Assembly (NCBI GenBank): GCA_001938485.1
Contig: MQRK01254065.1
Location: forward strand, 1-62,699
DNA length: 62,699 nt
DNA from: Girardia tigrina
Taxonomy: Eukaryota
Reading direction: 5' to 3'
Below are positions 1-13,134 of this stretch, one piece after another. The notes beneath the pieces were generated by a model, which worked only from the letters and a program-made list of their open reading frames with translations, made no database searches and had not been told where the DNA came from. The translations under genes and the position numbers were made by a program. Every line of letters starts with the position of its first letter. The first letter of the stretch is position 1.

Positions 1-251
1 GCTATGGATACGGGAACCGTAACCATGGTTACAACCGCCTTGGATCACTCTATCCGTTGCTAATGAAAAACGTCCCTTGGTTACCGTTACCTAGTGAACC
101 GGAACCGTTACCAAGTGACACAGAACCGTTGCTAGGGTGGTCGCGACCGTTGCCATGGTAACCGTCCCTAGCAACGGTGCCATCGCGACCGTTACCATGG
201 TTATCGTTCCTGGGGGGGGTAGTGAGGGAGAACTCTCATTTATACACTACT
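1..251. repeat. GC-richer array of palindromic X-box-like units ending in ACTACT; possible Polinton/Maverick terminal inverted repeat end
   Basis: CCGTT(A/G)C at 84, 105, 126, 147 and 189; palindromes GTAACCATGGTTAC and GTTGCCATGGTAAC; the reverse strand begins AGTAGTG at 251, matching the AG...CT termini described for Polintons. The partner end is not in the window. Confidence 0.4.
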
Positions 252-1069
252 CATCTTGTGGAGGATTAAAATATGCGCGATTATACGATCGGGATTGAAG
301 TTTGACAATTGAAGAATGGTTGTTTATTCTACCGGGATTTATAATCAGTCAAGATGCACCAGGTGTCGCGTCTGTTTATCAGTTTGCATCTGAAAATTGG
401 TTTTAACTACTTGTATTATCAGAGGCTATTCGACGCTTATCAGTCGGTTAACACAGAATGCAGGGATAGTTTCAAATGCTAATTTTGAAACTTTTAATTT
501 CATAATGATGTTTATGTTATCAGGAACTGCCATTCCGACTAATGCAATCATTGGAAATCGGATCATTCAATTATGGATTGTGCCGACTGCTATCGAGGTA
601 ATTGTTTATTGTTCGTCTCTCTCATTCTGACTGTTTATCTTTATTGCTAGCTACGACATCAACAACATCCTACTGTCACAGCGGCTTACCAAATTACCAC
701 GTAGTTGAATCACCATGATTCATGGTCTGTAATTTTTAATTAATCTAATTAAAATTTGTTAATTCTCTGTTTTTTGCTTTCAGAAAGTTTCAAGGGGTTT
801 CAGAAGGTTTCGGGAAGGTTTCGGAAGAACTCAGGGGAACTTCTCGCCTGCTCTTCGCTCCAACACGCTCGGGACCGATTTACAACTAACGAGGATAGTC
901 GAATTAGACTATCCTCACAATTTTCTCTAAAGGTCTCAGGCGTACGGGGTGTGGGTTGTGAAGGAGGGTTTCCTTCGAGTTATATGTTCGGTAATGTCGC
1001 TGTCGTAACACTATGTTCACGATTACGGGGATCAGATATACCATAAGATCTCCTTGATCTTACTCTTCT

Positions 1070-1528
1070 TTAAAGAACGGTTGTCCATTTCTGTTGGCAT
1101 AAAATATTTTTTTCCGCCAAATTATTGTCCTTTTCGAAGATCATCGCAGTGCCAATTATCCTCAATCTAACTTTTCCTATCCGCACAATTTGGTCAAATT
1201 CTATCTCCACGGCTTTTGTTGATCCCAATATTACCGGTATTGTCAATATAAACATCGATATGGTGGATATTGGCACGAATAACTTGAAACTTATGTCCCA
1301 TAATTTATTCAGTCGTTTATCCGCATCGTTTCGTTTTCTTACTCTTCACTCCTTTTTGGTCTCGCTGTTATGTGCATTTTCCAGATCAGACGGGTATTTT
1401 CTTTTTCCGAACGGGTAGGAATTTTGTAGTACGACCGTCGATGGTCGCATCGCTAGAAATTGGGGTGCTTCCACCGGTTCTGAATAAATACCGTCCTCGA
1501 TATTTAGTGGTGATGCAGAGGGTTGCAT
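1070..1528 (-). pseudogene. unknown ORF interrupted by one in-frame TGA (ORFs 1346-1528 and 1070-1276 share a frame)
   Basis: The frame continues ETKKE*RVRKRNDADKRLNKLW into the 68-aa ORF; no recognisable homology. Confidence 0.3.
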
Positions 1529-2039
1529 GAGGCGGCCTTACTCTCGGGTACGACAGCAAGAAAAGATTGACAACCACTGTTATAGACAACCCTAATTTTA
1601 AATATAAACATGATTTAGCCAGAGTCAAAGAGCAAAAGCTATATTTAACACATTTATTTTGGATAAAAACTCCATCGATTTGGTGTATTTTGTTACTGAA
1701 AACCAAAATTTTGAGACACGATTTGGACAAATTAGAGTGGACAAAGATTTGAAACGAATTATCAGAAACAAAATCACTTTAAGTTTGAGAGATAAATTGA
1801 GACTGTTTTTTATGAAATATTTACTGAAAAAGAAATTCAACGAATCAAACTGCTTCAAGAAAGCCTTTTACAAAAAAATTTATGAATTTTTATGTATACG
1901 GTCTGATGAATATAATTTTCAAACCTGAGATAGCATGTCATTCATTAGACTGTGAACCCTTAAATGTCGAAAAAGATAATTATTCCTAAATTTTTAAATT
2001 ATGTAAATATCTAATCTCTTGAATATTTTTTTATATTAA

Positions 2040-2660
2040 GTATTTCAATTAATTTGTAACGTTTTTTGAAGGACACAAAAACGATTTATTTTTGTTAACG
2101 ATTGATATATTTAAAATATTAAATTCATGACTTAAAATATTTTCCATCTCTTGCTTCTACTTTTTCTCATCCTTCGAGTAGTAGACGGATACCACATTGA
2201 ATAAACACTTCGTTCTTAGAGACAAGACATGAATCAATCTCATTATGAAATTTTTCTTAAGAAGTAAATTTCTCCATCGACAAACCGTGAGTCGTTGACC
2301 AGAATAGGTGATAATCCAAATGAGCAATATATGAAGAATACAGCATCGTATCAGAACATATCAGTGTTTACATGTATATTTTCATTGGTTTGCAGACATG
2401 TGGTCTAGCATTGTCCTGAAACAAAATAATTTAGTCGTGTTTTTCACTCGTAAAATGAACGGCTCAATCGCATAGTCTATAACAATCTTCAGTGATGTTT
2501 CATTTGGATTCAGTACATCGTAATAAACCACACCCCGTTGATCGGATCAATTGAAAAGAAAGACCTTATATCTGTGAATATTAGGTGAATATTTTTTGGT
2601 GATGAATGTCCTAGCTTAACCCATGATTTTCTTTACTTTGAATTATTATAATAAATCCCA
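2040..2660 (-). mobile_element. mariner transposase remnant
   Basis: LFQDNARPHV motif and C-terminal GIRLLLEG*EKVEARDGKYF resembling mariner GIxxLPxRWxKVxxxxGxYF; multiple stops. Confidence 0.65.
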
Positions 2661-2786
2661 TTTTATCATCAAAAACATTAGAAATATTCAAAATAATTTT
2701 GATGTGATTATAAAAAAATCATTCTAAAAAATACAAAATATAATTTTCTCAAATCCGAATATAAAAATATCAAGGTAATCTTAATG

Positions 2787-2881
2787 TTAATCTATTATGT
2801 TATCAATGAAGCACTTTCTTTTTTTCAAATCATTAATCAGAGCCAACCATGTTTTATTAACTGAAAGGAGATGACTGTTAC
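2787..2881 (-). CDS. HELZ2-like exon 17 (NSHLLSVNKTWLALINDLKKRKCFIDNIID*)
   Basis: 45-nt intron, typical SF1 C-terminal GN..LL...W..L, TAA stop. Confidence 0.85.
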
Positions 2882-5800
2882 CTATGAATATAATATAAAT
2901 ATTTATAAACAGAAAGTCACAAATACCAATTATAAAGAGACCCTTTCTTGCTCTAGTTAATGCCACGTTTAACTGGTTTTTATCATTAATAAATCCTAAA
3001 TATTTACTGATCCAATCTGGGGTAGGATCAGTATCAATATCCTCTACATTTGGAAGTGATCGAACTGTTGAGAAAATAACATAATCACTTTCAGACCCTA
3101 AAATAAAAAAAAGTTAAAATAAAATAATAGGAATTATTTTCAGTAAATAAAAACCAATTCTAATTGTAATGGTGCGGTTAGTTAATAATGAAATCAAAAA
3201 AATATTACTTAATAATTTGTACATTAGAAATATTCAAAATAATTTTGATGTGATTATAAAAAAATGTGATTATATATTATATTTCAAAATTGTTTTTTAT
3301 TAACGCTTTGTAAAACAAACCGCAGAAATAAACTTATACTCTTTTTTGAATCAATTTTTTATTCTACCTCGATATAAAAAAATGATTTTATGAGATAAAA
3401 AATATAAAGCTTTAAAACCAGTATATAAATAAATAGGCTAAAATAATTTAATGAAGAAATAAACTTAATTTAATTACAATTGATTAAGTCGTATGATTTT
3501 ACCTTGACTTTTAACTACAGTTGACACTCTTGGCGGTCCTGGAATATTCAAGTCATTTAGTACATCTTGACAGATCTTTTTCAAAATAGATTCTTGCAAA
3601 CGATACTGAGTGATTATAAGAATTGACTGAGCAGCACTTTCTTTCGAATGTACATTTTTTAGTAGGCTTTTATATAAATATTTCTAAAATATTAATTCTT
3701 AAAAATTTCAAAGTTAATGATAAACGTAAGAATATTTAATGAAAACAAAATATATGGGAAACAACAGAAAAATAAATATTTTTTTGGAGCCATTGTAAAA
3801 AATTTATATATTATAATTGGTATTTTTACTAAAATTGTAAAATAATAATTATTTATGTATTTAGACTCAAATAACACCATTTCAACTTTAAATTTTTATT
3901 AGAAAACATGTTTCACCACTTTTGTGACATCTTCAGTTCTGTATTTAAGTAAAAAAATTATTTTTTATAAAGTACGATGACCATTACGTCACAATGTATT
4001 ATGTCAAAATACTCTTATACGATTGGACGAATCACATTGCACATTTAAACTAGGTTAACAAAACTTTGTTAATAGTGCTTCAGTAATTGTCCTTTCATAA
4101 TTGTGATCAAAGTTACTAATCAAAATCCGAAAATCATTATCAAATACCCTCTTTAAGTTCCATAATATAAATCATTTAATTTACGGATTTGTCTATGCAA
4201 TTTTTGTATATAATTACTCTTAAAGCATTTTAAAACATAAGAAACACAAAAACGAAAAAAATCAATACCAACTATGTTAATCAACAACAATCATACTCTA
4301 TACAGCTCTTCATAAATGATATTTCGAGTTCTTCTTTCATTTTCAATTGATCTTCATAAAAGCTTCTTTTTTAACCTTGAACTGTCTTCATCCAGAAACT
4401 TCATGCAGAAAAAACGAATGGATTTTTACCTGATGAATGAATTTTGTTAACATTTTTCATTCTTGCATATCAATAAAAAATTGATATCCATGTTTTTCTT
4501 TTCCAATTTGATGTATAATTTCACATATTTCTTAAGAAATATTACTTATAGAGTTCGGATGGGTGAAACTTCCATTTCCTGTATGACATATGCAGATGAC
4601 TTGGTTCTCTTAGGCACGTCTAACTTGGCTCTTCAAACTTTGGTTAACACTGCTTCGAAAAATATCAAGCTCACTGGTATTGAGTTCCGATGTTTAAAGT
4701 GTGCCTATATGGACTTTCCCGATCATGACAACAATCAAATATATCTTGAAGATCAAACCATTCCACGTAAAAAGGCTAATGAAGGTTATGTTTATTTAGG
4801 TTGTTTTATTTCCCGTTTTCTTCGTCACACTCCCGAAAGAATGTTCTTGATGATCTTGAGATTCTGAAGAATTCTGCTCTCTTTCCTTCTCAAAACGTAA
4901 TGCTTATCAGACCTATGTGCATTCTAAAATGGTGTTTTACTTTCGTAACACTTACATACCGTTTCCAGATTTGACAACTTTCACAACAGGTTGGGATGTT
5001 CTGGTTAGAATGAAGCAAAAAGAACCGTTAAGTCTTCCTGTATCAGCTTCTACTGGTTACCTGTATTCTTTCATGGTTCATGGTGAAGTAGGTCTTATAT
5101 CTACTTTTGATGTGTATCTTGTGCAATCAATCACGCACTCTTACTACATTCTTACATCACGAGATATCTTTGTGAAAGAAGCTGCTCGAATTACTTTGAG
5201 ACATGCTTCAAAACTGATAATCCGTGCAAGTATTCTTGACTTGATCAATACGGGTTATAAATAATCGGCTTTTGGATCCTGGTGGAATAAAACCCAATAT
5301 GTCATCCATGTTATACATGAGAAATATGGGATCACCGTCAAATTTGGTGACAGTTATCCATCTCTTTTTATCTCCATTTTTCTACAGAATGAATCGTATT
5401 AAATTTCTTCTACCATAAGTTACCAGGATAAAGAAAAGATTGCTATCTTTCTTCGAAAGTGTCTTCACTATCTTCATTACTGGAAGAAGCAAACAAGTAC
5501 TGGTCATTCCGCATGCTCTCTCTTTTTCTGGCTTCTCAACCTCTACTGTTTTCAAGAGTAACTTTTCCTTCTCTGAATGGGATTTTGTTCAACGTAGCTG
5601 GTTCTATACACTTCAAATTGAGTGTCGTTTATAGAAAGTTGTTGTTTATCGTAGAGGTAGAGACTATAATGAGACTTTGGCTCATGTTGTTTCTCATTGC
5701 GGTACTGTTTAGGCTTATATAAATCATCGCCATGACACAGTGGTTGACATTTTAAAGACCTTTTAATACTTAATTAATACCTGTTTTTTCATACATTCTT

Positions 5801-6493
5801 GAAAAATTTAACAACTTTAGAAAAATTGCAACAAAGATCACAACTACAGTGTTTATTGTTTAGAATTTTATTTTTTGCAAATTAATTCATATTATTTTCA
5901 TGACTGCAATTAAAATACGAATGGGAAATAAGCTGCTGTGTGCGGCCCTCGCAACCAACCTTTGTTACTCATGTGGCCCTCGAAGTGCTTGAGTTTGACA
6001 TGCCTGATATAAACAATAAATACAGAACTGAAGATGTCACAAAAGTGGCGAAACATGTTTTCTAATAAAAATTTAAAGTTGAAATGGTGTTATTTGAGTC
6101 TAATTGCAAACTTACCATTTGATTTAATCATTAATGTAAAGAAATTTATGTATTTATTGAATAATATTTTTACTTTATATATTATGTTCACGTGCTTTAT
6201 ATACACAGTTTTACATCAAGTAAATGAAAACCACGGAATGTTAAAGTAGCTAAAAGGGAAGAAAGAATCAGATTTCGAATACTTCAAAAAGAATATTAAC
6301 CTAAACCCTATCGACTTGTAGTCATAGGCTTCTTGCTGAGTTTTAAATGCAACGTTGAGGAAAAGAAAATCATAATTGGAATTTTAATAAATTTAACAGG
6401 TGTTCAGTTTCGAATTTATTTTTTTTGTTAAAATAAAGTTTAAATTAAAAATATTTATGTATATTAAATTTTTATAAAAAATATTTTAGAAAT

Positions 6494-6527
<34 letters not shown>

Positions 6528-9500
6528 ATTTCTAAAATATATTTTATAAAGCCTTTCTTGTGCATGATGATAACAATCATCAATTATGGAATCAGTTGTA
6601 GACCACTTCTCATACTATAATTTATAATTAGATTAGTCAGTTCAAACACGGTAACCCGTCTGTGTTTGATGATGAGAATTTTCGCTGACCTGGTGCAATT
6701 TCTGAACAAAAAGAAAAAGTTTGAAAATTGTTATGGAAGTGCGCAGAATAACTATCAAGGATATCTGTGGTTTAATGTGAGTACTAGGAGCGAGGATATA
6801 TCATCCTAAATATTAGGAGTGTAAGAACATTTAAAACCCTGTGCGTCCCACATTTTCTTTCTTCTGATCTGTGTGAAAGCCGGAAGGAATGTTTCAAAAC
6901 AAATCTTTCCATTTTTAATGAACATGGTGAAGAATTATTCTGGAATGCCCTTACTTTGGATGGAACCCCTTTACGTTTGTGCATTCTTTAGACAAAATAT
7001 TATTCCAGTAAATTGAGATTACTGAGGAAACGAGTGAAATTAAAATGAGTTTTGACATATGTTATCGAAAATCCTTGAATTTGTTAAAAATAACATAATC
7101 TGTACGGATTTTAATAAAAATTGTCAGCGAGTTAATTCCCCCTACTACAGAAACACTGTGGACTGTTTTGGACATGCGCATTATACAGTAGGAGTCATAA
7201 AAGTTGACCGCGAGGTAAACATATTGAATGCTTCACATGTATTTCTATTTATTATATTTAAATCAATAGTTTGCTTTATTTATCAACAAAGGTTTAGTTT
7301 TATGACTTTGTTAGCCAGAATAATCCATAAATCAATTCAAACATAGAATAGACAAACAAAGTCTTTCAATTTTATTTATACTAAAAACCGGTTTTTCGAC
7401 TAAATTGTGGGACAAGCAGTCATCCAGAACTAGACATATGTATTATGTCATTTTTAACCAAATAAATCCTTATTATTAACGTTATTAATATAATAAAAAC
7501 AAACTTACAACAACTCTTGCTTCTGTTTCATTACATTTTGATTTATTACTTCCTGTGTTGCATGATATTTCTTGAGTAACTTCTATTCCTAAAGTATTTA
7601 AAAATAAAATTTTCTCGTAAACAGGAGATCCACTGAAGTTTATATCTCTATCAAAACATTCGAAATTCTTCTTTCTTATACCACCTTTCTTCCAAAACTC
7701 ATCACCAATATTTATATTGTTGCGTTGCAAATCTTTCTATAAAAAGGTTATTAAATGAAATAGAAAAATGTCTAATACTTCAAAGCCTCTGTAAAGTGAT
7801 ATGTATTGCAATCCATTAAAACTTGAATCAACCTTTTCTTCAGGTATACCTGTCCAACTTTCCCAACGTTCAGTTCTTAAGTTCACTTGCTTTTGCTTTT
7901 TATTGTTTTTTCTATTCCCGTAGAAATGATCACTAGGGAATTCGCAAATTGACGGATGCTACAAGTTTTAAATTTTTGATTAAATGTGATAAATAATAAT
8001 TGTGAGTCACACTTAATTTATCATCATAATACAAGGACTTATTTAGTTTTTTTCAAAAATATTTTTTATTTAAAACACAATTTTAATAAATTTTCCAATT
8101 TCTGTCACCGATGTGATATGAAATATTGTCGAATTTGCTGCTTTGCCAAATGACATTCTATTGAAACACAATTGCACCAATGCTGTTGAAAACGGTGTTT
8201 TTATTTTTCATTCATCCAATTCAACTTTGAATTGTAGATTATTTTGCATTTAGTTATTTAATATAAGAAAATTCTGTAATTATTCTTTTCTATCATGACT
8301 AGTGTGTTACTCCCGGGATTTCCCGGGAAAATGCTTGGTTTTAGATTTCCCGAATCCCGGGAATTCGAAAAATTTTCCCGGGACTTTCAATGTGATGTTA
8401 AAATATTTGAAATTTTTATTATCACTATTTTTACTAAGATAATCAAAATTACTAGATTTATTAATATTTAAAATATTACGCTTTTTATAAAATAAACTAT
8501 TTACATATGGATCGAGAACAAAATTACCTCCATTTAGTGGATGGCTCCAATCACCTCTCCTGAAAACGGAGCCCGATCTTTTGAATAATCACCATCAATT
8601 TCGTCATCGTATTCTCCACGTTCTACGAGTCTCATCTCTGAATTGATTTCAGCCACATTGTCATTTCTTCTTTGTCTGAAGTTGTTAAATCTAAAATTAC
8701 CACTTTGACCTTCTTGTTTCTCAAAACACTGGTAACTGAAATGTCCTTGCTTCTTGCATGTTGAACAGCATATGTTTGGGCAGTTCCTTCGGATATGGCC
8801 TTCTTCTTTGCATGCATAGCATTAGATTTTCCGAATTTGGTTGCAGTTTCTGTAGGAATGTCCATCTTTTTTGCAGTTGAAGCATTTGATATCTTCTTTC
8901 TGATTCCACATCTTTGAAATCGCATAATATTTTCTCTGATTTGAAGTGTTTCTCGAGAAGTTATTTGCCGGTATATTCTGAAAGTTTCTTTTCTTTTTCA
9001 CCATCTGAGCAAAAGTTTCTTTTCGATTGAGGACTGCTACGTAGTTGTCTTCTAGAATATATTCCATTTTCTTGACAATACTTTTGATGTCTTCAATTTT
9101 CTTCGCATCGCGCATTTTTAATTCTTTCTTTGTTTCCACATATTTCACAGAATGAACCATGAAATAGGACGTTAATTCCTCTTTATCTTATTTATGAGAC
9201 AACAGTTGGTCGACCATTGTATCGATCTTTTGGAAAAACAGTGCAGCTGGATCACTTCCTTTCTCATAATTGTATAGATTAATAAAATTCTGAATTAATG
9301 AAGATGGTTTCTCAAAAGCCGCTTTCAACCGTTCATCGAAATTGGTTATCTTAGGATCCACAGCTTCATAAATTGAAATGAGATCATTGGCCAACAGTCC
9401 TTTGACGAATACATTTTGGACGTCTCCTTCAATTTTGGAAATTTCAAAGAATCTATTGCAATCTGTAATAAATTCGTTGATGTCTTGTTGTCCATTGAAC

Positions 9501-10955
9501 GCTTCCGGAATCATATGATTGAGGAAATTTGCGTAGTCCGCCATGTTAGAAGATAAAAGATCTGCACTAAAATATATTTAAATAAACTAAATCACAAATA
9601 CACATACATCAGTTATATACAGAATAAATGGAGAGTCAAAGGTGAACTCTGCTCTCGACCCCGTAATAGTTATATAATACAAATTTAGAATTATTCTAAA
9701 CTTGTAGATTGTGTAATATTTTATTTAATTAATTTAAATTTAATTCTATAATATCTCACACCCGGGAAATAGTTTTTTTCCAATCCCGAATCCCGAGAGT
9801 CAAAAAATGTCGGGAAATGTAACACACTATTCATGACCATATCATTGGTTTATGCCGTGGTGAATTGTTTTCCTTAATAATATAGTTTTCTACAAGTTTC
9901 TAATGGTCTAATCTATTTTTTCTCCAGATTTAGTGGTTGCCCATGAGGGTTAATGTTAACTCATATGTTTCCTAACATCTGTATTATTTCTTTAGTTCTA
10001 ATAAATCATTCCACATTTGTAATCTTACGTCCAAATTTAGCTTCAAAGTTACATACTAAGTAAGAATACTTTAATTCATTCCCATCCTAAGTTTACTGTA
10101 ACTCTAATTGGAGTCTTTGTAAATCTCATTCCATAAATTATATTTTGCTTAATGTTGGTCCCTACCCTAAAAGTTAACTTTGTCTGTTTATCTTTTATTT
10201 CTTCAAACACTGATAGAATAATCATAATATCTAATTGACTACTGCTTGCACAATGAAGTTTAACATCTGCATTTTCCAATTTATGCTTTTCAATTTCTCA
10301 AAATATTTGTTACCAATTACGTTTTCTGTTGAACTTCTGTCTAATATACATTCTTACACGTGATCTTCTATCCTTACTTTAATACTTGGATGTCATTGGA
10401 TTTGTCTATATTTTTAATAGTTAAAACCGAACGTTTTCTTACTTCATTCTAAATTTTTATTTCTTATGAATCTCTGCAATTTATTTTTTCATCTCTCTTT
10501 CAATACTTTTTTCAAAACCTTTTTCTTCTTTATAATGTTTCCCTTCCATATAATGCTAAATACATATTCTTGGAATACATTTGAAAGCTTTTGTAGTAGT
10601 TGTAGTCTATTAAAAAAATTCCCAGACTAATTCCACAAAAGTCGAGACTCTGCCTTTTAGCATCTCGATGCCTAACACTGATTATTCATGGTCCTCCTTG
10701 GTATTGGTATGGTCAGTAAAATTGTATTCCAATCTTCTGCAGTTATTACTAGTATTCTCATTATGTTCTGTTAATACTTTCCTTTAACAGCCATTTTCTA
10801 CATGAGCTCTATTTCAACTTTTATTGGATTTTATTATCGAGTAATTTCTTCTTATATGTATTTGCTGAAAAAGACTGACATATCACTATTTTATTTTCAA
10901 GACAATTCTTGACAATCATCGTCACATGGAAAAATCATTTAATGTGTTTTCATTG

Positions 10956-10997
<42 letters not shown>

Positions 10998-13000
10998 CAA
11001 TTAATAAAACATACCATTCTGTATTGAGTATTGAGCATAATACAATAATCCTCCGTATTATTATAAAGCCTTTCAAAAAGTGATTTAGATAATCCTTTTT
11101 CTTTCGCCTCTTGGCACGTAACTATTGGCCTTAATTGTCTGTGATCACCAATTAAAACTAAATGCTCTATATTTGGCTTATTCGCAAAAGGACTTAGAGC
11201 TTCAATTTCGGAACACATTCCACATTCATCCATAATTACTTGGGAAAATAATAATTTCTTTGACTCTAATAATTTTTTACAAGAACTAGCTGCAGTAGTC
11301 AGAATAATATCGTAGTTTCCTGCTCTTATTTCAGTTTTGAAAGCCTTAAAATAAAAAAGTTTCAATTGTGATTGTATACATAATTTTTTTAAAAAAAAGG
11401 TTTATCATGATTTTGTTAAAGTTGTAATAATGTAACATATTTTTTTCAATCAGAGAAACAAATAGTATATTTTGTCCAATATAAAACAACTGTTTTGCCC
11501 GATTTCCACGTTTCCCAAAACACCGGACGGATTTGAAATTCATGGATTTAGTGTCTGATAGAGGAATTCAAAAAGAAAAGGAAAAGAAACATGATATTAT
11601 GAATTCCTTTTCGACTTTGGAATCCATCCAGCCTTTTGGCTGCAAAAGCGTGTTGATTATCGAATCTTTCTGGCTACAGCACTCTGCCAATCATTTTCCA
11701 TCATTCAGAATTTGATTGACAAATTTCAGTAGCTTTTGGTGCAGAGGAATTCCTTCTCTTTCACATATTACCTTTTTGAGATATTTGATCACCTCTTTGG
11801 AGTCTTAATTAAGATTTTTCGTTTTTCCTGATTAAACATTCAAAAATATTTGAATTTGCAGTAATTCATTAAAGCTATGAAATTCTTCCTCAATGAGGCA
11901 GTGGTCAAAACCCCTATTGCTAAAAGAAGCAAAGAAAAGGGAGATATTATTAGATTTAATGGCAATTTATTTATAAAAAAAATAAAGAAAACTATAATTT
12001 CGGATTAAGTCATTTATATGACACATTGACTATTACGCAACTAATCTTTTTTTATTTAAACAGAATGTTAATCACGTGGATGCAAATTATTTCTAAAATA
12101 TTTTATTGTATGTTCATAAGCTATATATATATATATATAAATAGTGCTTTTCATATTATTAGAAACACTACCATCAGAAAATGTAGTTAGAAAAATGTCA
12201 GCCCCCTAACATGTTTCTTACTTTGAAAAATTTCACTTAACCTTTTTTTAAAGTAAGCAATGAGAAACAGAATGTTTATCAATTCAATTCATGAATAACG
12301 GGGCGCATCATGAATTCGCACACATCAACATACCATCATACTATCTCTTACCACATTACTCAGTCTATTTACCCTCCACCATACTGCTCTTTCGCTACAC
12401 AAACACTTTAAAATAGAAGTGAGGAGAAATGAATTCACAAATAAAGAGAGAGAAATAAAAGAATAATAAATGTATTTCACAAACATTCACTCCAAAGACA
12501 AAAGAGAAATAATATAAGAATAATAATGCAGTGCTCACACGACTCAGATCACATCATCATGCACACAAATCTACGAATGGGGTTTGAATTAATGATTACA
12601 TTTTGAAATTATGGATGTACAGGTTTATGAATTGAAAGGGGAGTACACTGAAGATCGAGATGCTGCACTGTTATATTTATCGTCTTTTTCAGTTACAAGG
12701 AAGCAAGGAAAAAGCTATTACTTCCGAAGGTTTTATGAATCGGAATCAAGCTTTGAAGGTGTAGAGAAGATTTCCAAAGCATGAGTCCAGTAAAGTTTGA
12801 TTTAATCTAAACCGATATTTGCACGGCAAAATTTGAGCTCAAAACGTATTAAGTAATTATGAAATTCGTTAATAAATTTATCAAACGTTTTAAAAATATG
12901 TAAATTTTTTATTATTTATTCATTAATACTAAAAATATTTTTTAAAATATAAATTTAATTATAGAGATCAAAGGCCACACATACATTGATATATAAAATA

Positions 13001-13043
<43 letters not shown>

Positions 13044-13093
13044 NNNNNNNNNNNNNNNNNNNNNNNNNNNNNNNNNNNNNNNNNNNNNNNNNN

Positions 13094-13134
<41 letters not shown>

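Noticed and set aside
17-210. CRISPR-like repeat-spacer array
   Set aside because: Units are 21-bp degenerate repeats without unique spacers, there are no cas genes, and the context is eukaryotic.
1900-1930. Hammerhead ribozyme core (CTGATGA)
   Set aside because: No supporting stems or correctly placed GAAA; the same holds for the hits near 4430 and 25462.
8391-9760. Complete small TG...CA element (TGTGA...TCACA ends)
   Set aside because: There is no second LTR or TSD at 8391; the left end is the open pol frame cut by a deletion.
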